Shown here piece by piece: positions 59,897 to 64,000 of a stretch of DNA of 64,000 nucleotides. The position numbers were made by a program, and so were the translations under genes. Position 1 is the first letter of the stretch; each line of letters starts with the position of its first letter. The stretch lies in IMG/VR virus record IMGVR_UViG_2740892441_000001; one strand, 5' to 3'. The DNA is from a virus. Lineage: Duplodnaviria > Heunggongvirae > Uroviricota > Caudoviricetes. The notes under the pieces are model-generated. The model searched no databases. It had not been told where the DNA came from and saw nothing but the letters and a program-made list of their open reading frames with translations.

Positions 59897-59994
59897 GGCT
59901 AATCCTTTGTTATGAAAACAAATTATTTACTAGTGTGTTTAATGTAGCACTGCGCGAACAGGGAACTAAGCCATTCGCGCAGGGAGAAGAGGGG

Positions 59995-60207
59995 TTAACA
60001 GATTCTGACGGCTAAAGACCCGGAGCCGGTATTGAGAAGCGTGAAGCGTTTGTTGTTAAGTTCGAATATAAATCCAGTTGTGTCATTCACACCAACCTGA
60101 ATCTGCTCATTCGGTAGATCGGTGAGGATGTCAGCTACACACTCATCAGCTAATTTCTGTACGTGTCCGATCTCAAGAGCGATTAGGCTGGAAATAGTGG
60201 TTTTCAT
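59995..60207 (-). CDS. hypothetical small protein
   Basis: 70 aa ORF. Confidence 0.3.
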   Translation of the reverse strand: MKTTISSLIALEIGHVQKLADECVADILTDLPNEQIQVGVNDTTGFIFELNNKRFTLLNTGSGSLAVRIC

Positions 60208-60384
60208 TCAATCAATCCATTCTAACTTATACTATGGTAAGGAATACTACTAAAATTTGTATCAATACTGAATACATTCATATCATATGAAAGTTGATTT
60301 TCTTACCTATTTTGGGCTAATTTTTCTCCGTGCAATGGCCTTTAACCGGTCTTTTAAGTGCCTATCGAAAAAAATGATAATAGC

Positions 60385-60412
60385 TTTACAACCCTAACCT
60401 TTGATGTAATAT
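60385..60412 (+). promoter_or_regulatory. sigma70-type promoter (TTTACA-16/17-TAATAT) for the HTH regulator
   Basis: -35/-10-like hexamers with suitable spacing upstream of 60459. Confidence 0.45.
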
Positions 60413-60413
60413 C

Positions 60414-60427
60414 GGTAAGCACTTACC
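60414..60427. promoter_or_regulatory. operator-like palindrome GGTAAG-CA-CTTACC at the regulator promoter
   Basis: Half-sites resemble the dispersed motif B palindromes. Confidence 0.4.
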
Positions 60428-60458
60428 AGAGAGAATTGAACGCGCAAAGGTTGTAACC

Positions 60459-60845
60459 ATGTCTGATAACAAGATTGAATTTATAGAAAGTCGCTACGCT
60501 GCTTTTATCGCAGGGTTGATTGAATCCTCACCTATGAGCCAGGCCCAGATAGCCAAAACAATTGGGTATAAAAACGCCAACAACCTTTCTTTAATTAAAA
60601 GCGGCAAAATTCCTTTGCCTATCGATAAGGTTCGTCCGCTGGCGCTGGCACTGGGTATTGAGCCAAGTCGTCTTATGATGATGGTGCTGGAAGAACGCCA
60701 ACCCGAACTCGCAGCATTTTTATACAAAGAAGGCACTGCTCCTCTTAACGAGGACGAAAAACAGGTTCTTGCTGCATATAACGAGCGATTCGGTAAAGAG
60801 AAAGGCGCATCACAAAAGGTTGTTGAGGCCATAAAGTCTCTATGA
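60459..60845 (+). CDS. XRE/Cro-CI-type HTH transcriptional regulator
   Basis: SQAQIAKTIGYKNANNLSLIKSGK helix-turn-helix; 128 aa. Confidence 0.65.
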   Translation: MSDNKIEFIESRYAAFIAGLIESSPMSQAQIAKTIGYKNANNLSLIKSGKIPLPIDKVRPLALALGIEPSRLMMMVLEERQPELAAFLYKEGTAPLNEDEKQVLAAYNERFGKEKGASQKVVEAIKSL

Positions 60846-61943
60846 AAAATTTACACGAATAAGCTCTGTTGATAGACGATCTCCCTTAAATTTGTGGTCA
60901 ATTTCGTCTAAATCCGGTTGCTCTACGATTGATGCGATGTACGTCGAGAAACTTTCTAAGGCGTCTCGCATCTCGTCCATATAATCGTGCCGGTCGTAGA
61001 CCCGATCTATCCCCTCAAGACTGTGGTTCATGATTTTACGTGATACCTCCTGGCTTATGCCTAATGCTGGGAAGTAACTACGCGCAGTACGGCGCAAATC
61101 TCGGGGTGTAAATGGCTCAAGCTCCATCAGTTCTGGTCGTTCCAGAATACGACGTAATGCCTGGGCTATTGCTACTTTAGACATAGGAAGGTCTTTCCCG
61201 ATTTTTTTATTCGAAGGCACGAGCCACTGGCTGTCTTTACCGTATTCGAACAACTCTTCAATGCATGTGCGCATTAATGTGCTTAAAGGCAGCGAATGCT
61301 CACGTGCTGACTTGTTTCTCTTGCCTTGATTCCAAACTCCACGCTTAAGATTGAACTCACTTTTTTTAGCCCGCAGTACTTCGTCAGGTCGTCTTGCTGA
61401 TACAAGACACAGCCTGGCCGCCCATTTTGTACCAGCGCACACATTGAAGTAGTCCCATACATTCCAGAACACCCATACCTCTGCGTCGGTCAGCTTCCGC
61501 TCGCGAGGCGTGGGCTTTGCGCCACCGGCAACTTTGTTTAGTGACATATCGTTTAACGGTGACACGTCTATCATCCCCTGGAAGGCGCACCAGCTAAGGA
61601 ACTGCTTCATCAGAGAGAAAACGCGGCGGCCCATAACAATTTTGCCATCCAGTATTAGTGGGTTGACCAGTTGGTTCACCATGAACCTATTAATGTCACT
61701 TACTTTTACATCGGCAATGTGCGGCAAAACATGTATCAAAATACAATGAACAGCGATCTCTGGCCGACGTCTTGTTATCAGCAGAGATAAGCGAGTGAAT
61801 AACATGAATGCGTCCGAGAATCTCATGTCATTGATAACCTGCGAGATCATAACGGCCTGCATTTGAGATGCTCTTTCGAGATACTCAATCGCTTCTTTTG
61901 AGGTGTTCTCCGCTGCGCGTGCTCTGTCAAAGCTATTTTTCAT
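60840..61943 (-). CDS. tyrosine recombinase/integrase
   Basis: C-terminal catalytic region SARRPDEV...HSLPLS...FTPRDLRRTARSYFP...NHS..GIDRVYDRHDY (R..K..H-R-H..Y pattern). Confidence 0.6.
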   Translation of the reverse strand: MKNSFDRARAAENTSKEAIEYLERASQMQAVMISQVINDMRFSDAFMLFTRLSLLITRRRPEIAVHCILIHVLPHIADVKVSDINRFMVNQLVNPLILDGKIVMGRRVFSLMKQFLSWCAFQGMIDVSPLNDMSLNKVAGGAKPTPRERKLTDAEVWVFWNVWDYFNVCAGTKWAARLCLVSARRPDEVLRAKKSEFNLKRGVWNQGKRNKSAREHSLPLSTLMRTCIEELFEYGKDSQWLVPSNKKIGKDLPMSKVAIAQALRRILERPELMELEPFTPRDLRRTARSYFPALGISQEVSRKIMNHSLEGIDRVYDRHDYMDEMRDALESFSTYIASIVEQPDLDEIDHKFKGDRLSTELIRVNFS

Positions 61944-61970
61944 ATGACAATCACCGAGTTACGCCGATGC

Positions 61971-61989
61971 ACTGTATAAGTAAACAGTA
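61971..61989. promoter_or_regulatory. LexA-box-like ACTGTATAAGTAAACAGTA upstream of the recombinase gene
   Basis: CTGT-N8-ACAG palindrome about 30-45 nt upstream of the start. Confidence 0.4.
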
Positions 61990-62125
61990 TGTTAGGCATA
62001 GATTCTTATAGGATCAAGAGTAAAAGTAACTCATTTTTACTAATGATTCCATACATAGTAGGTATGGAATCATTTAGACGTTGTTTTTTGAATTTTAAGG
62101 GAAATAGGAGTGAGTTTGGTGGGAA

Positions 62126-62150
62126 TAAAAAACGGCTCATGTGAGCCGTT
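62126..62150 (-). terminator. rho-independent terminator after the glutaredoxin gene
   Basis: ACGGCTCA..TGAGCCGT hairpin + TTTTTT on minus strand. Confidence 0.5.
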
Positions 62151-62154
62151 AAAA

Positions 62155-62400
62155 TCAGAGGGTGCTGACGTATGCAGCCAGTTCTGTGTATCCGCCAATC
62201 GGTTGGCCATCGATCAGCACCTGGGGGATAGTCTCTACCGGTTTACCAACAATTTCACTTAGTTTTTTCTTGTCGATACCGGCAGTGGTGATGTCGATGT
62301 ACTCATAATCACCGTAGCCATGTCCCTTTAGTTGCTTCGCCAGCTCGACCGCACGTTTGCAGTATGAGCAGTTATCTCGTCCGTAGATAGTGATCGTCAT
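62155..62400 (-). CDS. glutaredoxin/NrdH-like redoxin
   Basis: 81 aa; CSYC active site near N-terminus; thioredoxin-fold pattern. Confidence 0.7.
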   Translation of the reverse strand: MTITIYGRDNCSYCKRAVELAKQLKGHGYGDYEYIDITTAGIDKKKLSEIVGKPVETIPQVLIDGQPIGGYTELAAYVSTL

Positions 62401-62747
62401 TGCTTTGCCTCATGCCACTTTTGCTTCAGGAGATAGCCTTCCAGGGGCCAGATTTGATCGATAGCATCTTTTCGAGCGTACTCGCGACCAACATCAAAGT
62501 TGAAGATTTCTGGTCTTACGCACGCAGATTTTCCCGTTACGGTATATCCATTTTTGAGAACCATAACGCAGAACGTTAAGAGTTTTAACGACTCATGACC
62601 TTTGTCGATATCTGTTTTTGAATTGTAAACAGAGATGAAGTTATCCCCGTGGCTGGCATCATATGCAGTGAAATAATGTTCACTTTGAATGAGTTGTTCA
62701 ATGTGTTCAGAGGTGACTTTTAGTGGTGTGTTCTCTTTGCTGGTCAT
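62397..62747 (-). CDS. hypothetical protein
   Basis: 116 aa; GGAAGAAATA RBS; overlaps glutaredoxin start by 4 nt. Confidence 0.5.
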   Translation of the reverse strand: MTSKENTPLKVTSEHIEQLIQSEHYFTAYDASHGDNFISVYNSKTDIDKGHESLKLLTFCVMVLKNGYTVTGKSACVRPEIFNFDVGREYARKDAIDQIWPLEGYLLKQKWHEAKQ

Positions 62748-62790
62748 TATTTCTTCCTACAAAGTTCGTAGACTTGACTCTTTCAGTTGC

Positions 62791-62820
62791 AAAAAAGGGG
62801 CCGAAGCCCCTTTGAATTTT
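62791..62820 (-). terminator. rho-independent terminator downstream of the tRNA cluster
   Basis: GGGGCCGAAGCCCC hairpin with TTTTTT on minus strand. Confidence 0.55.
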
Positions 62821-62968
62821 GCGCTGAAAAAAAGTGTTGCTATGATGTTAGCAAGCTATGGTTAAGAACGTCTGCCGTAATTGTCTATCACAGCGTTGAG
62901 CGGTCTGGTTTATGTTAGCGGAGTCTTAATCGAGTTGATTAAAAGGCCAAACCGCTCAACGCTGTGTC

Positions 62969-63055
62969 TGGCGGAGAGTAATGGAATCGAACCATCATCG
63001 CTTGCGCAATGGGACGGTTTTCAAGACCGCTTGAGCACCATGCTCTCTACTCTCC
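62969..63055 (-). tRNA. tRNA-Ser(TGA)
   Basis: Hand-folded: acceptor GGAGAGT/ACTCTCC, anticodon loop CTTGAAA, long variable arm, T-loop TTCGATT, encoded CCA; 87 nt. Confidence 0.7.
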
Positions 63056-63063
63056 AATTGTGT

Positions 63064-63139
63064 TGGTGCCGGTTAACGGATTCGAACCGCTGACATCCTG
63101 CTTACAAGGCAGGTGCTCTACCAACTGAGCTAAACCGGC
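63064..63139 (-). tRNA. tRNA-Thr(TGT)
   Basis: Hand-folded: acceptor GCCGGTT/AACCGGC, D-arm GCTC-AGTTGGTA-GAGC, anticodon loop CTTGTAA, T-loop TTCGAAT, encoded CCA; 76 nt. Confidence 0.8.
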
Positions 63140-63141
63140 AT

Positions 63142-63216
63142 TGGCGATGGTGGGTGGATTCGAACCACCGACCAGTTGGTTAACAGCCAACTGCTCTACC
63201 GCTGAGCTACACCATC
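63142..63216 (-). tRNA. tRNA-Asn(GTT)
   Basis: Hand-folded: acceptor GATGGTG/CACCATC, anticodon loop CTGTTAA, T-arm GGTGG-TTCGAAT-CCACC, encoded CCA; 75 nt. Confidence 0.8.
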
Positions 63217-63978
63217 AATTCGGCACTGCCAGTATTTTTTACTCAACAGTGCCAATCGCGACGGTTTAGTTTCTGCCAGGAAACGCACCGCTACTTGCAC
63301 TTTTCGTTAGTGCCAGACGCTTTCGACTTCGCTCAATAGTAGAAGGCAAAATCTTTAAGTAGATGATGTTTCTGAGGACAGCACCTACTTTGTAATTTAT
63401 ACAATGTGATGTATGGAATCATTTGTTGTGAAAACAGGCACCAATGGCAACAGTGGTTAAACCTACACAACAATCCTGTCTTCACAACGTTGAGGCCACT
63501 ACTCCGATTGAATGTTTGCCCAACATGTTACATATCAACGCTCGCCGGTATCTCTGTGAATAGAACCTTAGAATTGATAAAAATGTAATGGCCTCAACGT
63601 TGTGTGCTGGCTAACCATACCAGCCGGGCTACGTCGCCGCTTTTTAACCCAGTATAAACGACATAATTGAACAAAATGACGTAACAGGATGGGCGGTCAG
63701 TGGCTAAGAATCCGGGAGTCCATATGGGGTTGAAAATATACCAACCGCCCATTCTGTTACTTCATCGAATAGGGCATAGTGGTTTGGCTGTCTATGCCCT
63801 ATCCTGCGTTCTGCAATCACACTCGCTCAGTGTGTCCCATTTCGGTAACGAGGCTGGAAACTGACCTCGCTGGTGTTTGGCTTATTAGGCTACTGCCAGA
63901 TAGACTTCTTCGTTTGCACTTGTATTTAAGTTCAAACAGTCGCGTCTCAACGAAAACAAAGTCATCTTATACACAAAA

Positions 63979-64000
63979 GATAAGTAAGTAAATACTTATC
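63979..64000. promoter_or_regulatory. palindrome GATAAGTA-AGTAAA-TACTTATC (motif B) at window edge
   Basis: 8-bp inverted repeat. Confidence 0.3.

Noticed and set aside
62885-62965. Fourth tRNA next to tRNA-Ser
   Set aside because: The 12-bp terminal stem and absence of a T-loop do not fit a tRNA cloverleaf; kept only as a candidate structured RNA.
1-64000. Initial impression of a T5-like lytic phage genome
   Set aside because: The T5-like gene set (nrdAB, sbcCD-like, FEN, tRNAs, conserved early promoters) is outweighed by a P1-type iteron replicon, a DnaE-type polymerase, a HumD-like gene, a tyrosine recombinase and a TA-like cassette, which fit a phage-plasmid better.

Overview
The window reads as about 64 kb of a phage-plasmid-like replicon, probably SSU5/pHCM2-like rather than T5-like (inference from gene content; no database search was possible). 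A P1-type repA with three iteron arrays, DnaA boxes and GATC clusters (40.7-42.9 kb) sits among mostly minus-strand phage-type DNA-metabolism genes: nrdA/nrdB, thyA-like, frd, a dnaE-like polymerase with a dnaQ-like exonuclease, a recA-like recombinase interrupted by a LAGLIDADG intein, sbcC/sbcD-like nuclease, flap endonuclease, RNase H, SSB, a RuvC-like resolvase, a cobS/cobT-like AAA+/vWA pair and two orphan adenine methyltransferases. There is also a three-tRNA cluster (Ser, Thr, Asn), a tyrosine recombinase with an adjacent HTH regulator, and many small unknown genes, each preceded by a conserved promoter-like motif. A block of about 3.4 kb (roughly 7.3-10.7 kb) is chromosomal-type enterobacterial DNA carrying metG and apbC/mrp, directly abutting a LexA-box-controlled humD-like (UmuD') gene. 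At least eight genes, several of them core functions, are split by apparent single-base frameshifts, most likely sequencing error. I found no complete, clearly novel multi-gene system; the best leads are the host-gene block, a small ClpX zinc-finger-like protein, an ORF-free repeat-rich GT-skewed 1.4 kb region (4.5-5.9 kb), dispersed palindromic operator-like motifs and a HicAB-like cassette. All coordinates for features not taken from the ORF track were counted by hand and may be off by a few bases.
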